The translations under genes and the position numbers were made by a program. Under the pieces are notes generated by a model. The model searched no databases, was not told where the DNA came from, and worked only from the letters and a program-made list of their open reading frames with translations. From the human T2T-CHM13v2.0 reference genome, Homo sapiens: a DNA stretch of 64,000 bases. Below are positions 1 to 45,196 of this stretch, one piece after another. The DNA lies in NCBI RefSeq assembly GCF_009914755.1, contig NC_060925.1; one strand, written 5' to 3'. How positions within the stretch are numbered: the stretch's first letter is position 1; every line of letters begins with the position of its first letter.

Positions 1-149
1 ACTGAAACTCTGAACTCCTTAAATAACAACTCTCCATTGCCCACTCCTCCTTCCCTCTGGCAACAGCCATTCTACTTTCTGTCTGTATAAATCTGGCTAC
101 TCTATGAACCTTATATAAAAGGAGTTATACAATATTTGTCGTTTTGTGA

Positions 150-535
<386 letters not shown>

Positions 536-939
536 TAAACAATTTTGATAAGCATGTCCTGCAAAATCATATTTATTGAAATTTCTCCATCTGTAGTTTA
601 TAGTTGGAGGGAACAAACTAAAGAGAAGTGCATTGAATATAATTGGCTGCTTGTCCAACTCCATCCTCCCCTGTCCCCCTCACTCCCATCCTTCTTTGAC
701 CCCCGGTTTTGTTCTGGTATTCACTGGCAAGCTCCTCACACTGGGATGGGTCTACTCTTTGACCCAGGGGTAAGTTTTGATTAGTTTAAGTCAATCATGG
801 CATTTTTTGGCCAATGATTAGTTTAGCAGATTATCATGTGATATACTTTTGTCTCATGAGACATGAGAGAAAGCTGATGCAAGGCTACTGGAAAGGGTTT
901 CTTGCTTTTCCAATAGACTCAGGATGAAATTTCCTATTT

Positions 940-3101
940 CTCCCTCCCCCTCCCCCTCCCCCTCCCCCTCCCCCTCCCCCTCTCCCTCTTCCTCTCCCTC
1001 TCCCTCTCCCTCTCTCCACGGTCTCCTTCCACGGTCTCCCTCTGATGCCGAGCCAAAGCTGGACGGTACTGCTGCCATCTCGGCTCACTGCAACCTCCCT
1101 GCCTGATTCTCCTGCCTCAGCCTGCCGAGTGCCTGCGATTGCAGGCGCGCGCCGCCACGCCTGAGTGGTTTTCGTTTTTTTTTTGGTGGAGACGGGGTTT
1201 TGCTGTGTTGGCCGGGCTGGTCTCCAGCTCCTAACCGCGAGTGATCCGCCAGCCTCGGCCTCCCGAGGTGCCGGGATTGCAGACGGAGTCTCGTTCACTC
1301 AGTGCTCAATGGTGCCCAGGCTGGAGTGCAATGGCGTGATCTCGGCTCGCTACAACCTCCACCTCCCAGCCGCCTGCCTTGGCCCCCCAAAGTGCCGAGA
1401 TTGCAGCCTCTGCCCAGCCGCCACCCCGTCTGGGAAGTGAGGAGCGTCTCTGCCTGCCCCCCCATCGTCTGGGATATGAGGAGCCTCTCTGCCTGGCTGC
1501 CCAGTCTGGAAAGTGAGGAGCGTCTCTGCCCGGCCGCCATCCCATCTAGGAAGCGAGGAGCGCCTCTTCCCCGCCGCCATCCCATCTAGGAAGTGAGGAG
1601 CGTCTCTGCCCGGCCGCCCATCGTCTGAGATGTGGGGAGCACCTCTGCCCCGCCGCCCTGTCTGGGATGTGAGGAGCGCCTCTGCTGGGCCGCAACCCTG
1701 TCTGGGAGGTGAGGAGCGTCTCTGCCCGGCTGCCCCGTCTGAGAAGTGAGGAAACCCTCTGCCTAGCAACCGCCCCGTCTGAGAAGTGAGGAGCCCCTCC
1801 GTCCGGCAGCCACCCCGTCTGGGAAGTGAGGAGCCCCTCCGCCTGGCAGCCACCCCGTCTGGAAAGTGAGGAGCGTCTCCGCCCGGCAGCCACCCCGTCC
1901 GGGAGGGAGGTGGGGGGGGTCAGCCCCCCGCCCGGCCAGCCGCCCCGTCCGGGAGGTGAGGGGCTCCTCTGCCCGGCCGCCCCTACTGGGAAGTGAGGAG
2001 CCCCTCTGCCCGGCCAGTCGCCCCGTCCAGGAGGGAGGTGGGGGGTCAGCCCCCCGCCCGGCCAGCCGCCCAGTCCGGGAGGTGAGGGGCGCCTCTGCCC
2101 GGCCGCCCCTACTGGGAAGTGAGGACCCCTCTGCCCGGCCAGCCGCCCCGTCCGGGAGGGAGGTGGGGGGGTCAGCCCCCCGCCCGGCCAGCCGCCCCGG
2201 CCGGGAGGGAGGTGGGGGGATCAGCCCCCCGCCTGGCCAGCCGCCCTGTCCGGGAGGTGAGGGGCGCCTCTGCCCGGCCGCCCCTACTGGGAAGTGAGGA
2301 GCCCCTCTGCCCGGCCAGCCGCCCCGTCCGGGAGGGAGGCGGGGGGGGGGGGGGGTCGGCCAGCCGCCCTGTCCGGGAGGGAGGTGGGGGGGTCAGCCCC
2401 CCGCCCGGCCGGCCGCCCCATCCGGGAGGTGAGGGGCGCCTCTGCCCGGCCGCCCCTACTGGGAAGTGAGGACCCCTCTGCCCGGCCAGCCGCCCCATCC
2501 GGGAGGTGGGGGGCGCTTCTGCCCGGCCGCCCCTACTGGGAAGTGAGGAGCCCCTCTGCCCGGCCACGACCCCGTCTGGGAGGTGTGCCTAGCGGCTCAT
2601 TGGGGATGGGCCATGATGACAATGGCAGTTTTGTGGAATAGAAAGGCGGGAAGGGTGGGGAAAAAATTGAGAAATCGGATGGTTGCCGGGTCTGTGTGGA
2701 TAGAAGTAGACATGGGAGACTTTTCATTTTGTTCTGTACTAAGAAAAATTCTTCTGCCTTGGGATCCTGTTGATCTGTGACCTTATCCCCAACCCTGTGC
2801 TCTCTGAAACATGTGCTGTGTCCACTCAGGGTTAAATGGATTAAGGGCGGTGCAAGATGTGCTTTGTTAAACAGATGCTTGAAGGCAGCATGCTCGTTAA
2901 GAGTCATCACCACTCCCTAATCTCAAGTACCCAGGGACACAAACACTGCGGAAGGCCGCAGGGTCCTCTGCCTAGGAAAACCAGAGACCTTTGTTCACTT
3001 GTTTATCTGCTGACCTTCCCTCCACTGTTGTCCTATGACCCTGCCAAATCCCCCTCTGCGAGAAACACCCAAGAATGATCAATAAAAAAAAAAAAAAAAA
3101 A
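940..3101 (+). mobile_element. Full-length SVA retrotransposon, SVA_E-like
   Basis: (CCCCCT/CCCTCT)n head, Alu-like region, GC-rich VNTR, SINE-R, AATAAA and poly(A). TSD GAAATTTCCTATTT at 926-939 and 3102-3115. SINE-R variant GCGGCTCATTGGGGATGGGCC fits recalled SVA_E diagnostics. Confidence 0.95.
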
Positions 3102-3294
3102 GAAATTTCCTATTTTCTGCTTCTCAGTGTTGTGGCCATGTGTGTTGGTGATACCTGGAGTTCAGCAAGCCATCTTGCCACCGTGAGAGGAGTTGGCCAA
3201 TGGCCCAGATGATACACCAAAGATGGCAGAGGGGAGAGATGAAAAGGAATCTGGATCTTCTACGTGAATGAGTCACTAAATTAACCAACTCTGG

Positions 3295-3592
3295 GGGTGG
3301 GCGCAGTGGCTCACACCTGTAATCCCAGCACTTTGGGAGGCCAAAGCAAGTTGGACTGCTTGTGTCCAGGAGTTCAAGACCAGCCTCGGCAACATAGCGA
3401 AACCCCGTTTCTACAAAAACTACAAAATTAGCAGGGCGTGCTGGTATGTGCATGTGGTCCCAGCTACTGGGGAGGCTGAGGTGGGAGGATCACTTGAGCT
3501 CAGGAGGTTGAGGCTGCAGTGAGCCAAGATCTCACCACTCCACTCCAGCCTGGGTGACAGAAACAAACTCTGTCTCAAAAAAAAAAAAAAAA
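3295..3592 (+). mobile_element. AluJ-type element
   Basis: TSD AAATTAACCAACTCTGG at 3278-3294 and 3593-3609. Confidence 0.9.
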
Positions 3593-4104
3593 AAATTAAC
3601 CAACTCTGGAACTCTCTACCTTTAATCCTGACATTTATGTGGGACCATAAATTTCTTTATTATTTACACTTTTGAATTTTCTATGCTTGTAGCCAAAAGC
3701 ATTCTAAGGACGTATTAAAGATGAAAGCTAAACAGGAACCAAAGCAGAGGACCCAAGTCTCACACATTTTCCCACTGGATAATGCCAACAATGCAGAAAC
3801 CTCATTGGTCTATTTGTTATGAGGTCTCCTGATCTATTGTATTATTTCTGTAGTGTTGGTCCTGGGAGGTAATTTCTAGGAAAAGGGACCCTTGGAAAAT
3901 TGAGTTTGATTTTAAGAAAAAAAAGTGGGGGAAGTACTGGAAAAGAGGGAGAAACACAGTTAATAGAGTGACAATTGCCTAGATAGTTGCTGCTGGAAGG
4001 ATAGTGAAAAATGATAATGATATTTGGGAGTGGCCTTTGAAGCATGACAGTCTGATGTAGTGAGAGGGCATGACAGAAAAAAAAGCCAGCCAGTGTGGCT
4101 GTAA

Positions 4105-7498
<3,394 letters not shown>

Positions 7499-7544
7499 TA
7501 AACGGAGTGGTACTGACCTAAATGCAGTAAGAGTTACATTAAAT

Positions 7545-8095
7545 TACCCATTGCTGTGTAACACAGTACCACAAAGTTAGCAGCTTAAAGCAACAAGTAT
7601 ATACTATCTCACAGTTTCTATTGGTGTTAGGAGTCTGGGCTGGGCTTAACTGGGTCCTTGGCTCACGGCATCACAAGACTGCTTTCAAGGTGCCAGCTGG
7701 GCTGTGTTTCTTTGTGGAGCCCAGGATCCTCTTCTAAGTTCATGTGGTTGCTGGGAGAATTTCTTGAGGGTGTAGGACTGAGGACCCCAGTTTCTTGGTG
7801 TCAGCCCAGAGCCACACTGAGCACCTAGAGAGGGCCCTGCAGTTCCTACTGTGTGGCCCTCTCCACAGGCACTTCACAACATGGCAGCTTGCTTCCTCAA
7901 GGCTGGCACAAGTCTCCTGCTCTAGTCTGCTAAGAAGTGTTATATAATGTCATATAATCATGGGAGTGACACATCCTCACCTTTGCCATATTCTATTGCC
8001 TAGAAGCAAGTCACAGGTTCTACCCACACTCAAGAGGAAGGGATTACACAAGAGCATGACTCACTGAGGGGGATCACCTGAAGGTATATTTGCCT
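7545..8095 (-). mobile_element. MaLR LTR (MLT1 family)
   Basis: TTGCTGTGTAACA..TACCACAAA..TAGCAGCTTAAA..TCTCACAGTTTCT..GGCTTAACTGGGTCC and TAGAAGCAAGTCACAG motifs. Confidence 0.75.
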
Positions 8096-8629
8096 CAGGA
8101 ATTTAGAAAAGAGGGATGTCAGAGTGAACTGGAGTCCCCAGGGGAGGCTTTATGGAAGGACTTCAGCCAGGTCTTAAAGGAAGAGTAGAATTTAGTTCAG
8201 CAAAGGGAAATAAAGAGGCAGAACATCTAGGACCAAAGAACTCCATGAGCAAAAGTATGGAGGTGGGATTCTCACCTAAGTAATTCCTACACAAAAAGGT
8301 AACAGAAACCTGACGACCTTGCAGATCACAAGGGGTAGGAGGAACTTTTTCTTATTGAACCAAAGGGAAGCTGGGTAGGGGAAGGAGAATGTCCTGGCTT
8401 AGTGTCAGAAAATTTGGGTTCAAGGTTCAGGTCTGGTATTAACTAGCAGTGTGACTGGGACCTGCTGGTTATCTGAGCCTAGCTTCTTGTGACCATTTCG
8501 ATTGACTTTGTTATTGTGAGAACGAGACAAGCTCTTGGATGCAAAGTGCTCTGTAAATGGTCCAGATCCTATTTCTGAAAGCAGCATCATTGACTCCCAC
8601 TCTCTCTGGGTCCCCCAGCCCCCTGGCTC

Positions 8630-10030
<1,401 letters not shown>

Positions 10031-10089
10031 TATTTTCTTTTGTTATTTTAATGCTCTGATCATCTTTTCTTCCAACCTGATCCTTTCTA

Positions 10090-11110
<1,021 letters not shown>

Positions 11111-11594
11111 TTGACCATGTCCTGTTGCCTTTCGGGGACATTCAGTATATTTTTATCTAATTCAGAGTAGGCATTCAGTATATTTTTATCTAATAAACCA
11201 ATGAAAAAATAACTCTTTTAGGGGAGGCTCCCTTCTTTTTCCTTTCTCTGATGCCTTGCTTTCCCCATCCAGTGCTCAGTTCAAACCAAATTATTCATAT
11301 TCAATCCAAATGCCACTATTATTTTGGAGCAAAACTCTTATATCAACTTTATTGTGTAACTAGTCAAGATCCTTCTTCATTAGCTTGGTTGTAAAATAAG
11401 GTCATATTAATTTTTATGTTCTAATTATAATGACTTTGAGTCCTCATCCCATATTTTGTGAGATCTCATCTTTGTTTTTTGGAGACAGGATCTCACTCTG
11501 ATGGTCAGGCTGGAGTACAGTGGTGTGATCTCAGCTCTCTGCAGCCTTGACCTCCTAGGCTGAAGCGATCCTCCCACCTAAACCTCCTAAGTAG

Positions 11595-12865
<1,271 letters not shown>

Positions 12866-13253
12866 TAGTTGCAATACAGGACAAGAAAGTTGCACAATAA
12901 CTGGGCCTTAGTTCCTGATACTTAGTAGCTGGATGACTTTGAGCACTCTAAGGTTGTTTCCTAATAACGTAAAATAGGGAAGCTAATCGTGATCCGGTTG
13001 CCTCACAGGTTGTTGGGCCCTGGTCAACATATAAGTTACTGTGCCAAAAAATGAGTTGATATAATTTAAGACTGTGTTGAATCACAAACGTTAAGTTATT
13101 CTAACATTATTGTTTTTTAGAGGTTATGAAATGAAAGGGGGGGGGGCGAAAAACTTGGTCCGCATCAAGAACTGAATCATTTTACCACGCTGGGTGCTGG
13201 GTTATACTCTCCCCACCCAGCAGATCAAACTCCTAACCCAGCATGAAAGATAA

Positions 13254-13273
13254 ACTACAACTCCCGGCAGGCC
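13254..13273 (+). promoter_or_regulatory. ZNF143/THAP11-type motif 1
   Basis: ACTACAACTCCCGGCAGGCC matches the ACTACAnnTCCC(A)...GC composite promoter motif. Confidence 0.75.
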
Positions 13274-13297
13274 TTGCTTCCGAACTGCGTCTTATAA

Positions 13298-13879
<582 letters not shown>

Positions 13880-15691
13880 TGAGTATCGGGGCTACCCGCC
13901 GCCCCATCCTCCCCGCGCCCCTCCTGCCCCTGCACTCCTCGCTACCCTTGTCACCCCCAGGCCGCACCTCCCCCCGAGCTCCGAGCCGGCCTCCGGACCC
14001 CCGCCCCTCAGGCCTCCGCAGCCGGGCCCCTCCTTGTGGGCTGCCCTCCCACCACCCGCCCCGGGGCTTCTGCGACGCCGGTCTCCCACCCCGTCGTCTC
14101 CAGCTGATGCCCTTGCGCCCCCAGTGCTCCTCCCTGTGCCCCGATTACTCTGGGCTCTTCTCCGCCCCTTTGCCTTCCCGTTTGGCGTGCTGCATTCTGC
14201 TCCTCACTCCCCCTCGTCTTGCTCAGAAGGAACCTCATCTGCTCCTTACTGACGGCGTTTCGTTTTCTGATCCAGCCAGTACCGTGTCCCCCCCAAGTTC
14301 TCATCTTCAGCATCGCAGTTTCGTTCTCCACCACTCCCCTCCGCCCCCGTGGACTGCCCCTTCTGCCCTCCAGACCAAGTAGGCAGGACCTCTGGTCTGC
14401 TCCTACTTTTCCTCCGGAAACACCATCCCTCCCCGCTCGTCTCCTTTTTCTTTCCTTAGTTACCCTCTCCTCATGGTTACGCTGCCCCTAAATTTTTCCA
14501 TCCCACCGTGTGCCCCTTTCCTCCCCTCCTTTTTGTATTTCTACTCCAAGAGTTTACCTTGCTTTCTGACCCTTGCATGCCTTTGGGGTGGGGGGCGTGG
14601 GATTTGACACCGTAGTTTCTCTTCTCGGTTGGCCCCGTATCACACCCTAATTTGGAATCTAGCGTCTCCATCAGCACACCCCTCTGAGAGCATCCCTTCC
14701 CTGGCCTCCTGCCTTCACTCCTGCTCTATACTCATGCCTCCTCCTAGTCAGGTTTATGGTAGACCCCTTGTAACTCCTCCTCCTTCAAAACTACTTCAAG
14801 CCCTTTTTGGGTCTTTGACCGCTTTGCTTTTTTAGGGCATGCCCGTCTCTGCTGCCTCTTCTACTCTATCCTCCTGTGATCCCACACTTGACTTTGTCCT
14901 AGTCTTTCCCTCCCCTAGGCTGCTTTTCCTTTCTTCTGTTTTTTAAGGCGCCTTCTGCTGCTGCAGCCCACCCTCTCTCCCCTGCTGCAGTCCCTCCCCC
15001 TTCATACGCCTCCCCCACCACATCCCTCCATGCTCTTGCGGGATGCTGCCTTGTCTTGCAATCTCTGTGCACACCGCCTCCATTACCCTAATCTAGGTGT
15101 TACATTTGCCTTTTTGTACTTCGTATTGAAATTCGGATAGTGATTGCCGGTTGACTTGCAGGTGGTGTGTGCTCGCGTTGTCTCCGTTCTCCTCAGCAGT
15201 CTTCAGTGCTGTGTTTCTGCTTACTGAATCTATGTTGTGCATTCCTTTTTTACACTTTTACTCTCTCCCTCCATATTTCGATTTGCCCACTTGAAATCGT
15301 TCTCATTTTTTATAAATTTTATTTTAATTGTAATTTCCGCAACCTTCTGTTGCCTCTTGTAAAACAGTAGGTTTGCAAAAGGGATAGTTTTTTGAAAATC
15401 TGCCTTATAGAGAAATCCATTCCTTCTTACTCATCTCGTGCCATCTACCCTTATCCTTGACATTCTTAACTCCATGGTGTCCACTCATTCTGTTTCCTCA
15501 CCTCTTCCACCTCAAGAAATGGTTGGTTTTAACCTGGGAGAGTTGATTGAAAAAAAAAAAAAGAAATAGTTGCTCACCTAGGCCAGTGTTTGGAGACAGT
15601 ATACCTTTCCTCTGTCCTTTCTGTAAATAGATGCTTTCTTGTTTCATTAATGTCCTACATACTGTTTCCTAGTATTCCTAGTATTGTCTGA

Positions 15692-28137
<12,446 letters not shown>

Positions 28138-28249
28138 CTATAACTTTGAGGTTGTTGTTTTCTGCTCACTTGTATTTAGGCAGTTGCTAAGGCTGGTCAG
28201 TGGTTACACTAAATCATGACTGAAGAGAGACAAGATAGTTTTTGTTTTG

Positions 28250-30480
<2,231 letters not shown>

Positions 30481-30685
30481 CACTTTTAGGCAGCATTGGC
30501 TCAAACATTTCTAGATTATTTTGTTCTTCATGTTTACAATTTTACATGATTGCTTTCTAGTTTGTTAAATTATTGTACTACAATTTTCTTACATTTTCAT
30601 CCCCCTATTGACTTTTTATAAAAACAAATTTGGAAACAACCTAAATAATAATGGATATGTTTGTGCTTAGCTTTTTTGTGTTTAG

Positions 30686-30788
30686 GCGCTTGCTTCAGCA
30701 GCCCATATAGTAAAATTAGAACGATACAGAGAAGATTAGCATGGCCCCTGTGGAAGGATCATACGTAAATTTGTGAAGTGTTCCATAT
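30686..30788 (+). pseudogene. Full-length U6 snRNA pseudogene (5' part of a U6/Alu chimera)
   Basis: About 90/103 identity by hand to recalled U6, with the ACAGAGAAGATTAGCATGGCCCCTG core intact. No PSE/TATA promoter seen upstream. Confidence 0.95.
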
Positions 30789-30950
30789 ATATACACGCAC
30801 ATATATACACATGTGTATATACGTATATATACATATATACGTGTATATATACATGTATGTGTATATATATACATATATACACGTATATATACATGTATAC
30901 GTATATATATGTTTGTATATATGTGTGTGTATATATGTGTATATATATAA
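30785..30950. repeat. Compound (TA)/(CA)/(TG) microsatellite adjoining the Alu tail
   Basis: Degenerate TATATACACG/TGTATA arrays. Confidence 0.9.
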
Positions 30951-31603
<653 letters not shown>

Positions 31604-32116
31604 TTAGGATAAATTCTCAGTAATACAATTATTAGTTAAAATATTATGACCATTTTTATATCTTTAGATGCATATTGCCAGTGAAATTACTTTCTAAAGG
31701 ATTTTACCTATTTATAAAACCATCTCATATTCTAGATGATAAAAGTTGATATTAAAAATAATTAAGATAATAATTTTTTATTTTAAAAGTTGTTGACCAG
31801 ATTTTACTATTTATTAGAAAATGCAAGCATTTTGGAAAACTTTGGCCATTTACTTTCTCTTGTTGTGCTTTTATCATCCATCAATAAATAAGATGCTCTA
31901 AGATGTGAGGGGCAAAATATTATTATTTCTAAAACAACATTCCAAATGTCTTTGATATTTAGTGATCCAGAATGGAAATTTTGTTTAAATCTGTTCAAGC
32001 TTCACAACTATTTTGGCTGCATTCATTGCTTACACATGTCTAATCTTATATCTCAAGAGTTTAAGGGCAAAGTATGGTATGATTGCTTATATAATTAGTC
32101 AGTAAGAATATTCTTC

Positions 32117-32452
<336 letters not shown>

Positions 32453-33054
32453 TTAGATGAAAAGGAGACAAACTGAACCAGTCAGATGATTTAACTGCAA
32501 AAATTAGAAAGGACAGACCCTTACATTTTGGTGGAGTAGTTCCTTGTCTTTACAGTGTAGTTTCTAGTACAGTTGTACTGAACAACTAAGCAGTGAACCA
32601 GTGAAAAGTCAAAGGAAGTGTCTCTCTTCTCATATGCCAGGGGTCTTTTTTCCTTCAACTTCAGAGATCTCCTAATTTTTAAGAAGATATGTTGTGGAGA
32701 AGGTAGGGAGTTCATTTACAAAGCTCTGTATAATTGAGGAGATGATATAATAGCTGTGTTAAAGTTTTAAACATAGTTCCAGTCACCCTAACTCAACTAT
32801 TTTTGTATTTTACATAATGTGCCTTATGGGCTAAAATAGAAACAATTTGTAATCTTCGTTTTTGCATTTAACATAAGAACTTCTCCATGTTTGCATATAG
32901 TTTTCATAAATATTTTTAAGATGTTTATAGTCCATATGTTTGATGTACTTCAGTGTCTTTAAAGGTTTCTCTAATGTTGGATATTATTTGGCTGAACAAA
33001 TTACTTTTCAAATACTTGGTCAGAAGAAAATGCTTTACAATCTTAAATGCTTAA

Positions 33055-38836
<5,782 letters not shown>

Positions 38837-40091
38837 GCGCCTGATCATGTTTTTTGATCACAGGTCTGACTGAATGAATTCAAAGCCCAAGTTTCCATCA
38901 GTGAAAGGGGCTCTTTATTTTTTTCTATAGCTAGCTTATTGTAAAATTACTGATTTTTTTGTATATAAGTTAGACTTGTAGGATGTGAAATGTCAGGAGT
39001 GCTGAATTTACTGGCTAGATTGTTAAACCCTAAATTAAATCCCAGGAGGCTAGCTGGGGGGTCTCCTGACTGTTCTGTTTATATAAATGGATATTTCAGA
39101 TACCAGACTCTGACAGAGACAATTTCAGTGACTGAAAAGTTTATGGAAGGCTTGTTACTAAATTTAGTATCATTTTTCAGGAAGGAAAATCCCTAATGGT
39201 TTGGAACAGGACTGAAAAAGAATTTAACTCTAAAGGGTAGATAAGCTTTAAATGTTAAATTGATTAGAGGTCAGGTGTGTATTTCCTACCTCTCTTGGGA
39301 TAGCCATGGGAGGGAACCTCCAGGCCTGCTGCCCAGTGGTTTTTGCTGAGAGAGCAGCTGGATCAGCATTCTGGAAGGTAGTTTGGTTTGCTGAGGGAGT
39401 CTTGTGAGACTCAGCATCTTTCTTGACAAAATACTTCATCTAAACCTTGTACTTTGTTTGCCTTATTTCAGCCTTTTGTACACAGCAAAACAGGAAGGAA
39501 AATTAGTAGGCTGACCATATAATTATAGGTGTATATTTTTTAGTTTGGACTGATTACACAGGACTCTAAATGAGATAGCATAGAGCAGGAAAAAAGTTGA
39601 TGGAATCCCAAGAGGTTAATTGAATTGGAAACTAGTGTATGTGAAGAGTAATACCATTTAGCTCCCAAAGTAATGAAACTTGGCATAAAGGAAAATTAAG
39701 TTGACTGATTTGAGATATGGAGAGAAATTGGATGTAAATGTAAAGGAATTATCTTCAGTCATAACTTTTTTTGAGTCTCTATTTACAAATTAAGAGAATT
39801 TATTTTGTGAAGGTTCTTTTAACAGAATTCCTTTGAGGTTTAAAAAGGACAAAGTACAATTCAAGTGGCAGGGCTGTCAAAAGCCACTTTGATTGAATTG
39901 TATACATGCTTAGTTAGAATGAGGAAATTGGATTGTTTGACTGAAAAAGCTTTGTTTCCTCCTCAGCTTCAGCCTCTTTCCATGTGCGTTCCTGAAGCTA
40001 TGTGTGGGATATTAGTATAGAGGAAGGGGAGGTCTTCTCACCTCTTTCCATTTTTCCCCCCGCCATAAGTTCACAAAGTTTTTCACATTAG

Positions 40092-40514
<423 letters not shown>

Positions 40515-41702
40515 TAGCTTTGTTTCCCCTAGTCTTATAATTATGAAACTATTATAGTGGTAGATAAAAGGCTGCAACCTAGGTCAGTTTGTCTACCAGG
40601 AGGATGAGTTCACACATAAATAAAAGACACTGACCCTGATTTATTGCAGGGGGTGAATTACAGTAGTGGAAAAGAGTCCTACTCAGCTTGAGTATAATTC
40701 CATTTTATTTTTAGTTTCAAGTTTGCATTCTGGTTTGTCGTAAACGTGTGAGTTTTTGTTTAGTTTCTTTTTTGTTTGTTCTTTTGTTGGTTGCCGTATC
40801 TCTTTGCTAATAGTATCTTATTTACTGTTCATTCTGTGGTGCTATAGGGCAAGATTAATGTAAAAGGATGGTGTCCTTCAAGATATTTGGGTAATAGAGA
40901 GGTTCACCCATTTCAGAACTTAGATGTCTCTACTCTTCTTTCCACATCATGTTCTTTTTCATTTTCTTTGGAGATATCCGTGTGAATGATTAACTGTGGT
41001 TTTTCCCACGAGTTTCCTGAATGCAATTCCCATGAGCTGTTTCACACATTTCTAATCTGTTGCTGTTGTAGCTATGCAGGAAAGCCCATCTTGAATTTTT
41101 AGTGATGTGTGCTAGCCCCTTTGCTGAATGCCTTTGTTCTTCAGAGCCTAATTGCCACTGATAGCTCAGTCTACTTAATTTTTCTTTTGGTTGCAATATG
41201 CTTTATTTGCCTTTAATTATTTGTGGAGTGTTGATATAATGAGAAATGTTCATTATTCTTAGTAGAAAATGCAGTGGGTTCTGTTAGATGCTGGCAAACA
41301 GACTACAGGTTTTAAAGCTTAACAGTTGACTAAAGTTACAGTCTCTAAAACTGAGATTTATCCTCTGCATAGGAACGAGCTACTAAACATTTATGGTAAA
41401 TTCTTTTTAGTGAAGAGATAAGAAAAGCAAGGAAGCTAAAAGAGTTGCAGAGGATCAAATAATGCTTGGTTGCATCTGTAATTAGCTGTAGATAATGGCA
41501 TATAGGTTTTATTTCAGCATGGACTTCTGTAGTCTTAGAACCACACACAGAATTTAGAGTTTTATGCTTCCTAAGTGCTAACTTTGAGTCATAAGGCATG
41601 TAAGAAGTTGAAATCAAGGTCACATCCTAAAAGTAGAGCAGTCTGGATGTTGAGACCTTTTGGGAATTACCTAAAACCTTGGAAACCTGAGAAAAGGAAT
41701 AA

Positions 41703-41945
<243 letters not shown>

Positions 41946-42954
41946 TAGTCTCGAACTCCTGACCTCAGGTAATCCACCTGCCTCAGCCTCCCAAAGTGCT
42001 GGGATTACAGGTATGAGACACTGCGCCCAGCCCACTAATTGTACTTTTCAAATCAACTTTATTGAACATAGTTTACCTATATTAACATTCACTCATGTTA
42101 AGTCTCCACTTTTACAAGTTTTGACAAATGTACATAGTCTTATAACCACCACCACCACCATGAAGATTTAGAATATTTTCATACCCTCAAAAGTTCCCTC
42201 ATGCCCTTTACAGTTAGTCCTCACCCCTTACCACTGCCCTTGTCAACCACGGATCAGCTTACTGTCACCATATTTTACATTTTCCAGAATGTCAAATAAG
42301 TAGAATCATACCATTTGTACTCTCTTGTATCTGGCTTTGTTCAGTTAGTATAGTGCTTAAGATTGGCAGACATTGTTATTTAAACCAAATATTTGTCCCT
42401 TTTTAATTGCTGAGTAGTAGTCCATTGTATAGATTTACTACAGTTTGTTCATCCTTTCATTGTTCATGCACATGTGGGTTGTTTGCAGTTTTGGACTAGT
42501 ATGACTAAAGCTGCCATGAAATAATATTAAATGTACAGGTCTTTATGTAGACATATGTTTTCATTGCTCTTGAGTATATACCAAGAAGTGGAATTGCAGG
42601 GTAAGTGTAAGTTTAACTTTATAAAAAACTGCCAAACAGTTTTCCAAAGTGGCTATATCATTTTTACATTATCATATGCAGTGGAGAGTTCCAGTGGTTC
42701 CATAACCTCTTGATATTTTCAGTCTTTTTAATTCTAGCCATTCTCATGGACATAGTGATACCTTACTGTGGTTTTAATTTGCATTTACCTAATGACTCAT
42801 GATGATGAGCTGCTTTTTGTGTGCTTAATGGGCATTCATGTGTCTTCATTGATGAAGTAGCTGTTTAACTCTTTTGCCCGTTTAAAAAATTGGGTTGTCT
42901 TATTATTTTATTGTAGGGGTTCTTTATACATTCTGGTTCTACAAGTCCTTTATC

Positions 42955-43405
42955 AGATATATATATATATATATATATATATCATATGTATCATATATAT
43001 ATCATATGTATCAGATATATATATCATATATATCTGATATATATAGCATATATATGATATATATAGCATATGATATATATCAGATAGATATATCAGATAC
43101 ATATATATCATATATATGCTATATATATCTGATATATATGAGATATATAAGATATAGATATATATGAGATATATATATCAGCTATAGATATATATGAGAT
43201 ATATATATCAGCTATAGATATATATGATATATATATCAGCTATAGATATATATGAGATATATATATCAGCTATAGATATATATGAGATATATATATCAGC
43301 TATAGATATATATGAGATATATATATCAGCTATAGATATATATGAGATATATATATCAGATATAGATATATATGAGATATATATATATCAGATATATATG
43401 ATATA
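42955..43405. repeat. AT-rich micro/minisatellite with a 30-bp unit
   Basis: Unit ATATATCAGCTATAGATATATATGAGATAT, about 7 copies between ~43150 and 43390, embedded in degenerate (TA)n. Confidence 0.93.
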
Positions 43406-43432
43406 TTTTCCAGTAGCTTGAAAAAGGACTTA

Positions 43433-43786
<354 letters not shown>

Positions 43787-43890
43787 TCATTTTTTAAAAC
43801 AGTATCTTTCAAGGAACAGAAATTTTAAATTTTGATATAGTCTCGTTTATCAGTTTTTAAATTTATGGATAATGCTTTTTTGTGTTCTAA

Positions 43891-44437
<547 letters not shown>

Positions 44438-44440
44438 TAG

Positions 44441-44871
<431 letters not shown>

Positions 44872-44920
44872 TGAACTCCTGACCTCATGATCCGCCTGCC
44901 TCGGCCTCCCAAAGTGCTGA

Positions 44921-45196
<276 letters not shown>

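Larger units (their letters stand above)
690..3710 (+). mobile_element. Ancient ERVL-class solo LTR (LTR16/LTR33-like) split by the SVA and an AluJ
   Basis: Flanks rejoin across both TSDs. Motifs GCCATCTTG and terminal TTGTAGCCAAAAGCATTCTAA. Boundaries approximate. Confidence 0.55.

Noticed and set aside
1420-2580. Regularly spaced repeats resembling a CRISPR array
   Set aside because: This is the SVA VNTR: tandem GC-rich units without unique spacers, in human DNA.
14835-14844. GGGCATGCCC perfect p53 half-site
   Set aside because: No adjacent second half-site; expected by chance.
30686-30788. Functional U6 gene
   Set aside because: About 13 substitutions, many at CpG; no upstream PSE/TATA seen; terminator separated by an Alu; retroposition hallmarks present.
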